Both the position numbers and the translations under genes were made by a program. A stretch of 48,397 nt of DNA from a virus (Duplodnaviria; Caudoviricetes): positions 1-48,397 of the IMG/VR virus record IMGVR_UViG_3300025653_000057. The stretch is one strand, 5' to 3'. The notes under the pieces were generated by a model, which worked only from the letters and a program-made list of their open reading frames with translations, ran no database searches and had not been told where the DNA came from. Positions 34,081 through 43,877 of the stretch are shown piece after piece (position 1 is the first letter of the stretch; the number at the start of each line of letters is the position of its first letter).

Positions 34081-34646
34081 TCTGTATCCTCTGCAATAAA
34101 TTTATCAAGTCCAGCACGATTAGTTTTGCGTTTGCGTCTTTTGTTCTCTTCAAAGTTGGTGATAAAGTCACTCATATATTCTTGTGACCATTCACTATGC
34201 TTTACACCATCCTCATAGTGATTCATAATGTCTTGTTCTTGCACATCAGAAGTTTCACCAAAGATGTTAGCGTTCTCTGTTGCTTTGTATTTGGTATAGA
34301 GATATCTCTTTTCTTTCTGAATGCGTCTTAGAAATGCATAGTAAATAATTTGTGTAAAATAAGCAAAAGGATTTTTGGATTTCTCTGGATTGAAGTTGTC
34401 GATGTATTGCAGACAGTTCTCAATACCGTCAGAAATCATCTCTTCTCTGAAACTGTAGTTTACAAAGTTTGGTTTGTATGAAAGGTGAGTTGCAATCTTC
34501 ATGATACAATCACCAATATAGAATGGTACTCTGGGTCTATCTGAACCTTGCTCTTCTGCAAGTATGACAGAATCTCTATATTCAATCATTGCCTGTAGAA
34601 ACTTCTTGTTATCTACATAGTTGTGCTTTTGCTTCTTTTTTGCCAT
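34077..34646 (-). CDS. gp55: Late-transcription sigma factor
   Basis: HNYVDNKKF, KPNFVNY, EMISDGIENC, NPFAYFTQI. Confidence 0.96.
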   Translation of the reverse strand: MAKKKQKHNYVDNKKFLQAMIEYRDSVILAEEQGSDRPRVPFYIGDCIMKIATHLSYKPNFVNYSFREEMISDGIENCLQYIDNFNPEKSKNPFAYFTQIIYYAFLRRIQKEKRYLYTKYKATENANIFGETSDVQEQDIMNHYEDGVKHSEWSQEYMSDFITNFEENKRRKRKTNRAGLDKFIAEDTE

Positions 34647-34655
34647 AATCAATCC

Positions 34656-35012
34656 TTAATGAAATACTGTATTACTGGTTAGTCCAGCAAGTGCTGAAAT
34701 CCTTCTTCTCCTGTTAATCTTTTCTTCGTCATCATCTCTATCAAGACCCCTTGCGTGTCTGAGAGCCTTCATGTAAAATTCTTGCATATCTTCGGTTATA
34801 TCGCTTACCATTATAACATGATTCTGTCGAATGTCAACAACTAATTTCTCATCAGGCAAAGGAATCCAGTAGGTAGTCATCATAGAAGGCACGCCAGCAT
34901 GATTGACTATCTCTAGTTTCAACGGGTCTTCAATAGTTATGTGTGTTTCACTTTCGTTAATCACTGAACAAACTATTGTTTCTCCGTTCAGAAGTTTGAT
35001 GAGGCTCTGCAT
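34656..35012 (-). CDS. Conserved hypothetical protein (possibly Sm-like)
   Basis: IKLLNGETIV, WIP; typical position after uvsW. Confidence 0.75.
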   Translation of the reverse strand: MQSLIKLLNGETIVCSVINESETHITIEDPLKLEIVNHAGVPSMMTTYWIPLPDEKLVVDIRQNHVIMVSDITEDMQEFYMKALRHARGLDRDDDEEKINRRRRISALAGLTSNTVFH

Positions 35013-36465
35013 TCTTAATCCTAATGTTGTAAATCTTGTAATCAAACTCTTCTTCGTTGTACATTTTTACACGAACAGCAAAATGTTTCAGAGTGTAGTT
35101 ATGCCAAGATTTGTATGATAAATCGTCTGCTATATCGTAGAGTGTAGCAGTTTCTTTATTGTCACCTTTTCTCAATCCCCTACCAATAGACTGTAGGTTT
35201 CGTATGCGAGACTTGGAAGGAGAAGCAAAGATAATATTATGCAAGTTTCGTATATTGATGCCCGTAGAGAAAGTTCCGTAAGAAGCGATGATAATCGCAT
35301 TGGACTCTTTCTCTGTAATTTCTCTAACAAGTTCTCTTTCATCAGCACTTACCTTTCCATGTACAAAAAAGACTTTTCTGTCAGTCACACTACTATTTAT
35401 TAAGTCATACAACACTTGTCCATGCTTCTCAACAAACTGATATAGAAGCAGTGTATTCCCATCCTGAGATAGAGCAAGGTTCTTAATGAAGTTGTTCCTC
35501 GCTTCACATGATATTAGAAAATTTATCTCCTCGACATAATTTGCTTTAGCCATCATTTTTCTTGTAGCGTCATCATATTTTAGAACCAAACCCTTGATTC
35601 GTAGACTTGCTACAGTGTCATTATCCATCAGTTCCTTAGTTGTGATAACCTTCATAACAGGGCCAAACAGTCCTTCCAGCACAAGACGATGTGTCTGTGT
35701 GCCGTCTAGTGTTCCAGTGAAACCAAAGCGATACTTACACTGCTCTAGTTTTGTCATAATGCTTGTGAGGGATTGTGCTTTGAAGAGGTGTGCTTCATCA
35801 CCTATGATTACATCAAATTGTTCAAACCACTTCTTAGGCATCTTATAGATGGATTGCCATGTCGAAATAAAAATGTCTGCATCTGCATTTTTGTCTTGAC
35901 CTGACATGATTAAGTGTGTAGAATGAATCTGTTGATTCTCAGAATACTCTAAGAAATCACTATTCATCTGATATACCAATGATGTAGTAGGTACAATGAT
36001 TAGTTTCCTACCCTTTAGATAGTCACAAAGCATATAGATGATTAGAGATTTACCACTCGCCGTAGGCGAGAGTACAACTGCACGATTGGTGCGAATTGCG
36101 TGTACAAACGCTCCAATCTGATAGTCTCTAGGTGTAACAGGAAGATTAGCAAAGAACTGTTCTGCTTCAATTGTAGATATACTGTCTAGCGCATAAAGTT
36201 CATTTATACCCTCTAGCGCATAATCTCTTTCTTCACAGAACTGTTCTATGTGTTTGTAAAGACCAGCATAGATTTGTCGAGTGTTCACATTGAACAAACG
36301 AATCTTACCATCCCAATACTTATTGCGATACGCTGGCATGAACTTAGCGCCAGGCACCTCAAAGGTAAAGTAATCGCTTATTTCTTGAGCCGTTCCCTTA
36401 TCACATCCAAGTTTGATGTAGACTTCGTTGACTCTTTCGATTGTGATTGTTTCTCTGATTCCCAT
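34957..36465 (-). CDS. uvsW: SF2 DNA helicase
   Basis: PRDYQ, SPTASGKS, GDEAH, GFTGT, QSIGRGLR. Confidence 0.96.
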   Translation of the reverse strand: MGIRETITIERVNEVYIKLGCDKGTAQEISDYFTFEVPGAKFMPAYRNKYWDGKIRLFNVNTRQIYAGLYKHIEQFCEERDYALEGINELYALDSISTIEAEQFFANLPVTPRDYQIGAFVHAIRTNRAVVLSPTASGKSLIIYMLCDYLKGRKLIIVPTTSLVYQMNSDFLEYSENQQIHSTHLIMSGQDKNADADIFISTWQSIYKMPKKWFEQFDVIIGDEAHLFKAQSLTSIMTKLEQCKYRFGFTGTLDGTQTHRLVLEGLFGPVMKVITTKELMDNDTVASLRIKGLVLKYDDATRKMMAKANYVEEINFLISCEARNNFIKNLALSQDGNTLLLYQFVEKHGQVLYDLINSSVTDRKVFFVHGKVSADERELVREITEKESNAIIIASYGTFSTGINIRNLHNIIFASPSKSRIRNLQSIGRGLRKGDNKETATLYDIADDLSYKSWHNYTLKHFAVRVKMYNEEEFDYKIYNIRIKNAEPHQTSERRNNSLFSD

Positions 36466-36537
36466 AACCAAGCGTGTTCAGTCCTAAACTTTGCTATTCT
36501 AAATTTGATAAGTTGTGTCTTATCTTCTATAGATAGA

Positions 36538-36969
36538 TTAGCCTGTGATAAATCTGTTCCAGTCGATTGCATTTTTGATTTGAAATCCTCTGTTATTGAT
36601 GCTCTTTAGGATTGATTCTAGATAGTCAACCTTTTCCTGTTGTAGAGCAATCTTGTGACTTATTTCAATCAACATATCATCACTATCAATATACATATCG
36701 ACTTCATTCTTCAATAGTTTTTTGTAAAACTGTTCACGACCAACCGCTTCTAGTTCGCTTTGGTCTAACTCACCAAGATAATATTCAAATAAAACTCTGC
36801 GCTTCTTTTTCAATTCAGTCTTTAACTGAATCAAGCGTAGTCGCTCTTCCATGAATATCTTTAGATATTTATTATGCACTGAAGGTATTTTGGTAGATTC
36901 TGTAGCAAGTTCTGTTTCATCAATCTTGCTATCCTTATCCCACATTTCAGTAATTTCACTTGTCTTCAT
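36538..36969 (-). CDS. uvsY: Recombination mediator
   Basis: WDKDSKID, IPSVHNKYL, INNRGFQIKNAIDW. Confidence 0.92.
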   Translation of the reverse strand: MKTSEITEMWDKDSKIDETELATESTKIPSVHNKYLKIFMEERLRLIQLKTELKKKRRVLFEYYLGELDQSELEAVGREQFYKKLLKNEVDMYIDSDDMLIEISHKIALQQEKVDYLESILKSINNRGFQIKNAIDWNRFITG

Positions 36970-37078
36970 TAATTTTCTTTTGCTCCATTATATACTTCCA
37001 AGTGGTGAACAGATACTCACAATATTTTGGATAATTTGCATACTTACGCATCTGCTCTTTCATATATTCATAATTCAT
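36956..37078 (-). CDS. Tiny hypothetical protein (40 aa)
   Basis: MNYEYMKEQMRKYANYPKYCEYLFTTWKYIMEQKKINEDK fills the gap and overlaps both neighbours. Confidence 0.45.
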   Translation of the reverse strand: MNYEYMKEQMRKYANYPKYCEYLFTTWKYIMEQKKINEDK

Positions 37079-37266
37079 AGTTTCTCTGCAATATCCTTTA
37101 TCTTATTTGTAGCATATCTCGTATAGAGACATGGAATAAATGCGTGTATCACAACTCTCCAGCAAATACCCCAAGTCATCCAAGCAAATCCCATTGCTCT
37201 CTTGAAATGTTGCCAGCGAGTTAGACCCTCATAGTCCATATGCTCTTTGCACATTTTACTGAACAT
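37075..37266 (-). CDS. DUF6356-like small protein
   Basis: H....TRWQHFKRA...IHAFIP. Confidence 0.65.
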   Translation of the reverse strand: MFSKMCKEHMDYEGLTRWQHFKRAMGFAWMTWGICWRVVIHAFIPCLYTRYATNKIKDIAEKL

Positions 37267-37275
37267 TATAGCACC

Positions 37276-37809
37276 TTATGTGATAGTTGTCAACTCATAT
37301 TTTCTATATGCGAATGTGACTTGACCTTGAAGATATTCGATATCTGTTCCTGTGGTATTGAACTCTAGTCCACTAAGGGAGATAGGATAAGCATCAATGA
37401 ATTTGATGTCGATATTTGGTTTGTATTGTGCAGTGGTAATAATCATGCTTGCATCAGAATACTGTCTGTTTGTTCCAGTGGAGTTCTGTTGCAGTGTTCT
37501 TTGAATACTTGCTCTTTGCTGAAAGTTATCTGGATATCCAAGTGCATTTAACCAGTCATAGATTTCACGAAAGTTTCTCATATCTTCATCGACTTGAAAT
37601 GTCAATTGTAATTGTCCGAATGTCAACTTATCGCCTGGAATTGGTAGACGAATGAATGTATTGTCTGCTTCCAACTGACCCATAGAGATATCTGGAATAT
37701 TAGCAGATGTGCAGAAATAGTTCACATGAGGAATCTTCTGGATTTGAAATCTAAATCCAGTCGGTGATAGGAAACTCATGTTATCTGGTTGTGTGCCTTG
37801 TAGAGCCAT
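37276..37809 (-). CDS. gp3: Tail completion/tube terminator protein
   Basis: FLSPTGFRF, VNYFC..ANIP, VDEDMRNF, DAYPISLS; late promoter. Confidence 0.85.
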   Translation of the reverse strand: MALQGTQPDNMSFLSPTGFRFQIQKIPHVNYFCTSANIPDISMGQLEADNTFIRLPIPGDKLTFGQLQLTFQVDEDMRNFREIYDWLNALGYPDNFQQRASIQRTLQQNSTGTNRQYSDASMIITTAQYKPNIDIKFIDAYPISLSGLEFNTTGTDIEYLQGQVTFAYRKYELTTIT

Positions 37810-37837
37810 TGATATACTTCCTAGTTGTTCGTATATC

Positions 37838-37845
37838 TATTTATA
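37838..37845 (-). promoter_or_regulatory. Late promoter TATAAATA (gp3)
   Basis: Exact consensus. Confidence 0.85.
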
Positions 37846-37848
37846 AGC

Positions 37849-37877
37849 AAAAAAAGAGGGAGCATTGCGCCCCCTCT
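37849..37877 (-). terminator. Intrinsic terminator after gp23
   Basis: AGAGGGGGCGCAAUGCUCCCUC followed by a U7 tract. Confidence 0.9.
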
Positions 37878-37905
37878 AGTTTTCGGTTGGTTGACCCAAC
37901 TCTTC

Positions 37906-39288
37906 TTACATAAGGTTAGTAACCTTAACAAGACGGTAGTAGATGTTACCATCACCAGAACCGAGGCGAGCGGCAATACCGTTACCATCGTTAGTGGCGA
38001 ATGGATTAGCAACAATACCGTAACGAGTTTTGAAGCCAATCTTCGGCTGGAAGGTGTTCTCACCAACTGCACGAACCATCTGTAGTGGAACATATGGGCA
38101 GTAGAAGAGGCCAGCGTCAAATGCGCTAGAACCTTTGTAGCCAAGAGTGTAGTAGTTATTAGTTGCGTCTGCAAAGTATGGGTCAATGTAGACACGAATA
38201 CGACCGTTAAGGACACCAGCGAAAGTGTTACCTGTGTCGTCAACCTGTAGGTTGTTGCTCAATGCTGGAGTGTAATCAAGAACACCAGCCATCTGAAGTG
38301 CAGAAGCGACATCAGAAGAACAAATCATGACATTACCTTTACCTCTACGAGTTGCTTTAGCAATTTCGTTGGCATCACGCTCGATTTGGAACATCAAACC
38401 TTTGAACTTTTCAACTGACCAACGACCGTTTGAGTCGGTGTCCAAATCGAAAGTACCAGAGGTTGTGGTGTTCTTAGTTGCGCCAGGAACGGCTGAGTAG
38501 TTGATTGTACGAACAACTTCTCTGTTGATTTCAGCAAGGATTTCAGCAGATAGGATGTTTGACAATTCAGTTTCAGCGTCAAGACCGTGGATTGCTTTAA
38601 GGTCTTGAGCAAGTTCCATTGTGTATTCTGCTTTCAACGCACGGCTAACAGCAGTAACGGCAACCTTCTCAATTGAGAAAGCCATTTCGTTAAACTTGTT
38701 AGTGCTTGAGTCACCAAGTGCTTCAGCAAGTGCAGTTGACATACCAGTGTGGACTGTGTAACCAGAACCAGAGGCACGGTCAGCAGGGTCAGTACCGGAT
38801 TGGGTCGTACCCAAAGCACCGTTAGCGACACCAAACTGGTGAGCAGTGTTACCAGCGGCAAGAGATGAGAATGAAGTGTTCGCTTCATTGAACATTGCTT
38901 CTGTGCCAGACTGTGTTGAGTAGCGTGAACGCATCGCAAAGATAAGACCAGTTGGACCAGTCATTGGCTGGACACCAGCAATATCATAAGCGATAAGATT
39001 CGGCATTGAGCGTCTTACGAGTGAGATAAGAACAGGGTCGTAGATGTCTACAGAACCAGCACTTGCAGTTGAAGAAGATGCGCCCATTGCGTTTACAGGT
39101 GCGGCTTCCCCAAGAAGTGTTGGAGCGTTGTAACCACCAGAACCTTGAGCCTGCTCACGGGCAGAACGCTCTTGGTTTTCGAGAAGTGTAGCAGTAACGG
39201 CTCTCTTGTGCGAGTCCTTGATTGGCTCAAGGTCTGCGTGTTCAAGAACTGGCTGCCACTTCTTTTGAAGTTCATCAGATTGATACAT
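37906..39288 (-). CDS. gp23: Major capsid protein
   Basis: DPVLISLVRR, GVQPMTGPTGLIFAMR, SRALKAEYT, FQPKIGFKTRYG. Confidence 0.98.
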   Translation of the reverse strand: MYQSDELQKKWQPVLEHADLEPIKDSHKRAVTATLLENQERSAREQAQGSGGYNAPTLLGEAAPVNAMGASSSTASAGSVDIYDPVLISLVRRSMPNLIAYDIAGVQPMTGPTGLIFAMRSRYSTQSGTEAMFNEANTSFSSLAAGNTAHQFGVANGALGTTQSGTDPADRASGSGYTVHTGMSTALAEALGDSSTNKFNEMAFSIEKVAVTAVSRALKAEYTMELAQDLKAIHGLDAETELSNILSAEILAEINREVVRTINYSAVPGATKNTTTSGTFDLDTDSNGRWSVEKFKGLMFQIERDANEIAKATRRGKGNVMICSSDVASALQMAGVLDYTPALSNNLQVDDTGNTFAGVLNGRIRVYIDPYFADATNNYYTLGYKGSSAFDAGLFYCPYVPLQMVRAVGENTFQPKIGFKTRYGIVANPFATNDGNGIAARLGSGDGNIYYRLVKVTNLM

Positions 39289-39329
39289 TTTAGTTTCTCC
39301 TTTAGTAAACTATCAGCCTTTTATTACAA

Positions 39330-39337
39330 TATTTATA
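39330..39337 (-). promoter_or_regulatory. Late promoter TATAAATA (gp23)
   Basis: Exact consensus. Confidence 0.85.
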
Positions 39338-39342
39338 AATTA

Positions 39343-40425
39343 TTACTTTTTGATGCTTCTTGAAATGGCTTGTGTGTAAGCAGCCATCGAGCCTGTCACT
39401 TGTGTCGCCTCTTCTTCGATTTCTAGAGGCTCCTCATCAGTTGCATCACTTTCAATAACTTCTTCGGCAGGGAAGTAGTTTTCTTTGATTGTCGCTAGTT
39501 TATCAGCGTAGGTGTCTTCATCAAAGTCCACACCTTCTGCTAGTGACTTCATCTTTTCAACTTGTGAATCGGTTAGACCTTCGCACACGATAGAGAGTGC
39601 TTTGTCTTTCTTCATCTCGACAAGTTCTTTTTTGATTTCGATGTTACGCTCAACTTCCTCATTGACGGACGCTTCAAGTTCTTCAACTTTACCAGCAAGT
39701 TCGTCTACAAGGTCGACTTTCTCTTCTGGAATGTCGATGTAGTTTTCAGCAAACAAGTTGCGTAGACCATGCATGAAGTTCTCAACGATTTCTGCACGAA
39801 TACCTTTTTCGATAGCAAGTTCGTTTTCCTTCATCCACTCTTCAGCGACATACTCAAGGTAGTCATCTAATTTAGTGGTTAGGTCTTCAACCATTGTTTC
39901 TTTTTCCGCTTCAAGGTCGGAAGCAAGGTCAACATCAGCAGTTTCTAGAACTTCGTTGACTTTTGAAAGAACAGCGGCTTCAAAGATGGTTGTTGCTTTA
40001 TCTTTGAACTCTTCAGAAAGTTCTTCGTCACCGAATAGAGCCTGTACATCAGCAGATACATCAACATCTTCCTTAGTAACTTTCTTGCTCTCTCTCCGCA
40101 TCTTCTTTGATTCAGCGGCAGGTGCTTCTTCTTCCTCATCATCGCCAGGGTGCATAGCGGCCATCATTTTACCGTAGGCTGCCATGAGGGCATCTTTCTT
40201 TTCCGCTTTCATAGCGTCAACCATAGCGTTAATCATGCCGATTTTAGTTTTAGGCATTTTCTTTTCTGTCGTAGGTGCTTCTTCTTCATCACCTGAGTCA
40301 TCAGCCATTTCTTTAGTAGATTTACGGGCTTCCTCAAGTTCCTCTTCAGTAGCGTCCTCGACAACAACTTCTTGTGCTTCAAGGATAGCATCATCCTCTT
40401 GCATCTCTAGTTCTTTATCGGACAT
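39343..40425 (-). CDS. gp22: Prohead core scaffold protein
   Basis: LSEEFKDKATTIFEAAV, DDYLEYVAEEWMKENELAIE; synteny. Confidence 0.93.
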   Translation of the reverse strand: MSDKELEMQEDDAILEAQEVVVEDATEEELEEARKSTKEMADDSGDEEEAPTTEKKMPKTKIGMINAMVDAMKAEKKDALMAAYGKMMAAMHPGDDEEEEAPAAESKKMRRESKKVTKEDVDVSADVQALFGDEELSEEFKDKATTIFEAAVLSKVNEVLETADVDLASDLEAEKETMVEDLTTKLDDYLEYVAEEWMKENELAIEKGIRAEIVENFMHGLRNLFAENYIDIPEEKVDLVDELAGKVEELEASVNEEVERNIEIKKELVEMKKDKALSIVCEGLTDSQVEKMKSLAEGVDFDEDTYADKLATIKENYFPAEEVIESDATDEEPLEIEEEATQVTGSMAAYTQAISRSIKK

Positions 40426-40464
40426 TGTGAGTCTCCTTTATCAGATAATTACTCATTTACAGTA

Positions 40465-40472
40465 TATTTATA
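40465..40472 (-). promoter_or_regulatory. Late promoter TATAAATA (gp22)
   Basis: Exact consensus. Confidence 0.85.
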
Positions 40473-40475
40473 ATA

Positions 40476-41138
40476 TTACAATCTTGAGAGGAAATTCTCA
40501 AAAACTTTGAGTTTCACGCTCTCTAAATCAGACTTGGAAGCCTTTTTGATTTGTGTTTCATAATCAGCGACAGTGGCTTCTCTGATTACTCCATTATCCC
40601 AAACCCATTCTTTGCTTTCCATGATTCCATTTACAAATGCATCTGGTGCAGATGGGTCTGCAACAATGTCAGCGGCAGTAGCAAGATAGAAATCCTTTTG
40701 CACTTCTTGTGCGCCAGCCCTTCCAGCCTTGAGACTACCCATACCACGACTTGATACTCCAAGTTGTGCGCCTTCGTCCATCAAGGACTTGACAATTGCT
40801 CCATACGGTGTTTCTGTCATAATCTTTGCTTTACCCATGAAGTTTGAACCATCTTGTTTTAGTTCAGTAATCATGTGTGAAACTCTCTCAAGGTTGATTG
40901 TTGGCCCTTGAGGATGACCTAGTTCACCATATGCTCTTTTCTTTTCTACATATTCTTTGTTATATCTAGCAACCTCTTTTGCAAGAGTTTCTGCTGGATA
41001 TACACGACCGTTACGATTCTTAATATCACCTTGCATAAAGACACCTTCGATGAAGTAAGATTTCTTACCACTCTCGTCTTTTGCTTCTGTGATATAGTTA
41101 ATATCTTCGTTGACTTCGCAAATTAGTTTCATGCTCAT
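40476..41138 (-). CDS. gp21: Prohead protease
   Basis: NRNGRVY, GELGHP, GVSSRGMGS, DIVADPSAPDA. Confidence 0.96.
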   Translation of the reverse strand: MSMKLICEVNEDINYITEAKDESGKKSYFIEGVFMQGDIKNRNGRVYPAETLAKEVARYNKEYVEKKRAYGELGHPQGPTINLERVSHMITELKQDGSNFMGKAKIMTETPYGAIVKSLMDEGAQLGVSSRGMGSLKAGRAGAQEVQKDFYLATAADIVADPSAPDAFVNGIMESKEWVWDNGVIREATVADYETQIKKASKSDLESVKLKVFENFLSRL

Positions 41139-41419
41139 GTTGAAACCTCCGCTACTTTAGTTCCGAATACACCACTATTTGCAGTGATTGTATCTTGTGG
41201 ACGCTTACGAATAGTTACAACCTCGTTAGCATTCAGACGAATAGATACTTGACCGCCTGGATAGTTACCATGTTGGTTTGTGTCATTAGGGTCAGCAACA
41301 TTAGCAATAACCACTGTTCTAGCAGTGCCATTGTTGGTAATACGAACGGCAGTAGCATTATATACATTATTTGCAGAAGTTGTAAAAGCAACTGTGTTTG
41401 CTAGAACTTTAATAGCCAT
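41135..41419 (-). CDS. Hypothetical virion-region protein
   Basis: Coupled between the core genes and gp21. Confidence 0.7.
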   Translation of the reverse strand: MAIKVLANTVAFTTSANNVYNATAVRITNNGTARTVVIANVADPNDTNQHGNYPGGQVSIRLNANEVVTIRKRPQDTITANSGVFGTKVAEVST

Positions 41420-42096
41420 TACTTTCCTCCTAATGCTACATCCATCATCTTCATGAATGAATCTGGGTCTTTCTCTATAGCATCAGCAAACTTTTGTTTT
41501 GTCGATGCATTCTTAATTCTTTTATCAAAAGCCTGAACGATAGCACTTGCAGTTGTCAAATCAATACGCATGGATTTACCATTTTTGAATTTAACTTTTT
41601 GCATCTGCTTGTCTTTGACGATTTTTCTGAGAGTGTCCATTACACCTTCTTCAAGTTCCTCATCATCATCCTCGTCTTCCTCTTCATCCTCATCTTCGTC
41701 TTCGTCTTCTGCGTCATCCTCTTCAGGCTCATCTTCTTCTTTAGCCTGCTTTGCTTCTTTGATAGGATTTACAGGTGTCATATCACCCTGTTTCTTATCA
41801 GCAGAACGCTTTGAGTCACCACCGCCTGCAGGCTCTTTGACAGATGTGCCTGCGGCTACAACTTGTTTCTCACCAGCATCAGAACCTTTTGGTGATGTTG
41901 GTTGTGTTGAACCATTGTGAACAGATGGGTCAGCAGTTGGATGTGGTTCTGTCTCAGTGGTATGAGCATCAGCAAAATCTTGCTCACCTTTAGAGCGATA
42001 CTTTGCTTTCTTTCTTTCATCGTCATCCTTTTTAACAGGCGTCAAATCTGCGGCGCTTGCTTCAAGGAAAGTCTTAAACTTCTGAATCTTGGACAT
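41419..42096 (-). CDS. Acidic prohead core/internal protein (gp68 position)
   Basis: KFKTFLE N-terminus, D/E tract, synteny. Confidence 0.65.
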   Translation of the reverse strand: MSKIQKFKTFLEASAADLTPVKKDDDERKKAKYRSKGEQDFADAHTTETEPHPTADPSVHNGSTQPTSPKGSDAGEKQVVAAGTSVKEPAGGGDSKRSADKKQGDMTPVNPIKEAKQAKEEDEPEEDDAEDEDEDEDEEEDEDDDEELEEGVMDTLRKIVKDKQMQKVKFKNGKSMRIDLTTASAIVQAFDKRIKNASTKQKFADAIEKDPDSFMKMMDVALGGK

Positions 42097-42271
42097 CAGT
42101 ATCCCCTTCGTCTGATTGTGCAGACATGAATTGAGATGCTACTTCAACTCTTTTTAGTTCAATTGCATCCGAAACTTTATCGGCCATGATGCTATTGATA
42201 GCATCTTTGAATTTTGCAGTGTTGCCATCGAAAGCAAACTCTACTGCATCTCTTGTTGTATAGTCTGACAT
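42074..42271 (-). CDS. Prohead core protein (gp67-like)
   Basis: Small acidic gene after gp20 with its own late promoter. Confidence 0.7.
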   Translation of the reverse strand: MSDYTTRDAVEFAFDGNTAKFKDAINSIMADKVSDAIELKRVEVASQFMSAQSDEGDTDVQDSEV

Positions 42272-42289
42272 TTTTATCTCCTGTTCATC

Positions 42290-42297
42290 TATTTATA
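42290..42297 (-). promoter_or_regulatory. Late promoter TATAAATA
   Basis: Exact consensus. Confidence 0.85.
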
Positions 42298-42313
42298 AAA
42301 CAAAACAACTGAA

Positions 42314-43804
42314 TTACATAAATTCGTCTTCACCTTCTTCACCACCACCTTCGTCTTCAACTTCTTGTGCAATTTGCTCAATTTCTTCCTCAGTCTGTCT
42401 AAGAACATTCTTTTGAATCCATGCAACAGAAAAGTATTTACCAGTATACTGGTCAACATCAGCAAGTAGACGCAATCTATTCTCAAGTATTTCACTGTCT
42501 TTCAATTCTGCAAAATGGTTGTCTTCCATAAAGTCGTAGCGAATCTGGTCTTGCATATCTTTCCACTCTTGTAATGTGATTACACCTTTGAGTAGAAGTT
42601 GTCTTTCAAGTAGAATATGAAAGATTTCTGAGAAGCGAGTTCTCAAACGATTTACAAAACGAGAGAACTTCAGTTCATCTCTTGTAATCTCTGATGCACG
42701 ACCAAGATTGAAAGCACCATCTGCTTGAAGTCTTGTAGTAGGAACATTCAATGCTTCATAGAGTTTATTCTTGAAGTAGTTGACATCTTCCATTTCACCT
42801 AAGTTCTGACCGCCTGGCAGAGTGGTAATTTCCGTACCTCTCCCTCCCTCTCTACGAGGTAGCCAATAGTCCTCAAGCATTGTGAGAAACTTTCTGTCAT
42901 CTCTTACTTCACCTGTATTTGCATCATACACAAGTTTGTTCTTGTGCTTGACCATCATATCACGCAAGTATTGTTCTGCTTTCGCTTTAGGTAAGTTACC
43001 AACATCAATGTAAAAGATTCTACGCTCTGGCGCACGGGCCAAGCGATAGATAACTGTCGCATCTTCTAGCATACGCAACTGATTGAGAGGTTTTAGTGCT
43101 TTATGAAGATACGATAAAACTGTATAGTTCTTATTGTCTAGCAATCCACTATGACAATATGCGATTGAATCTGGAGCAATCTTCAGTCCATCACCCTCTG
43201 ATGTAATACCTTTAGACTGATACACAAAGAACTCATCATACTTCTTAACAAGTGTTTCTTCATTTAGTCTACGATTTGGGTCACGCTTTTCTTTGCGAAC
43301 TTTTTTAATCTTGCGAGGGTCAATATGTCTTAATTCTTTGATGCCTGCTCTTGGATTTTTAGTATCAATAATGATGTGATAGTAAAGTCTACCATCCACA
43401 TACCAATGACGAAAGATATCATATCCCCTATAGTTGAATTTCATCAACTTGAGAATATAGTCAAATTCTTCACGGATTTTCTTTTTGATTGATTCTGGTT
43501 GTTCGACATCATCAAGCACCAGTTCTAGGGGTGCTTTTATGTCATCACCAACAATAGCCTCATTCACAATATCGTCAATCGCTCTTTCCGCTTCTGGTTG
43601 TTGAGCCATCTCACGATATTTTGTGATAAGTTGTGCTTCGTTTTTTACTGTATTGTCTAAGTCTACGGTTGTTCCAAACGCACCGCCTTCAGCAACAGTG
43701 ATGCTTCCATCATCTTGTGCTGGTGGTACGAATGAAGGTAGATTGTCGAGTTGTTTTTCGTCAACATCTCTACCAATTTTGAAACCGAATAGATTTACTG
43801 CCAT
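42314..43804 (-). CDS. gp20: Portal protein
   Basis: WYVDGR, NQLRMLEDA, RAPERRIFYIDVGNLPK, EDYWLPRREGGRGTEI. Confidence 0.98.
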   Translation of the reverse strand: MAVNLFGFKIGRDVDEKQLDNLPSFVPPAQDDGSITVAEGGAFGTTVDLDNTVKNEAQLITKYREMAQQPEAERAIDDIVNEAIVGDDIKAPLELVLDDVEQPESIKKKIREEFDYILKLMKFNYRGYDIFRHWYVDGRLYYHIIIDTKNPRAGIKELRHIDPRKIKKVRKEKRDPNRRLNEETLVKKYDEFFVYQSKGITSEGDGLKIAPDSIAYCHSGLLDNKNYTVLSYLHKALKPLNQLRMLEDATVIYRLARAPERRIFYIDVGNLPKAKAEQYLRDMMVKHKNKLVYDANTGEVRDDRKFLTMLEDYWLPRREGGRGTEITTLPGGQNLGEMEDVNYFKNKLYEALNVPTTRLQADGAFNLGRASEITRDELKFSRFVNRLRTRFSEIFHILLERQLLLKGVITLQEWKDMQDQIRYDFMEDNHFAELKDSEILENRLRLLADVDQYTGKYFSVAWIQKNVLRQTEEEIEQIAQEVEDEGGGEEGEDEFM

Positions 43805-43819
43805 TTTATATCCTCAATG

Positions 43820-43857
43820 AAAATAGGGAGCGCCTTTGTTATATTTATGGCGCCCCC
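43820..43857 (-). terminator. Terminator hairpin after gp19, with late promoter variant CATAAATA (43842-43849) in its loop
   Basis: GGGGGCGCC-AUAAAUAUAACAAA-GGCGCUCCC-UAUUUU. Confidence 0.7.
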
Positions 43858-43877
43858 AACATAACTAAAAACGGATT

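Noticed and set aside
37821-39275. Alternative-frame minus-strand ORFs inside gp23
   Set aside because: Likely by-products of codon bias in a highly expressed gene.
41655-41722. TCx trinucleotide-like repeat (poly-Ser on the plus strand)
   Set aside because: It encodes the Asp/Glu tract of the prohead core protein and is not an independent repeat.
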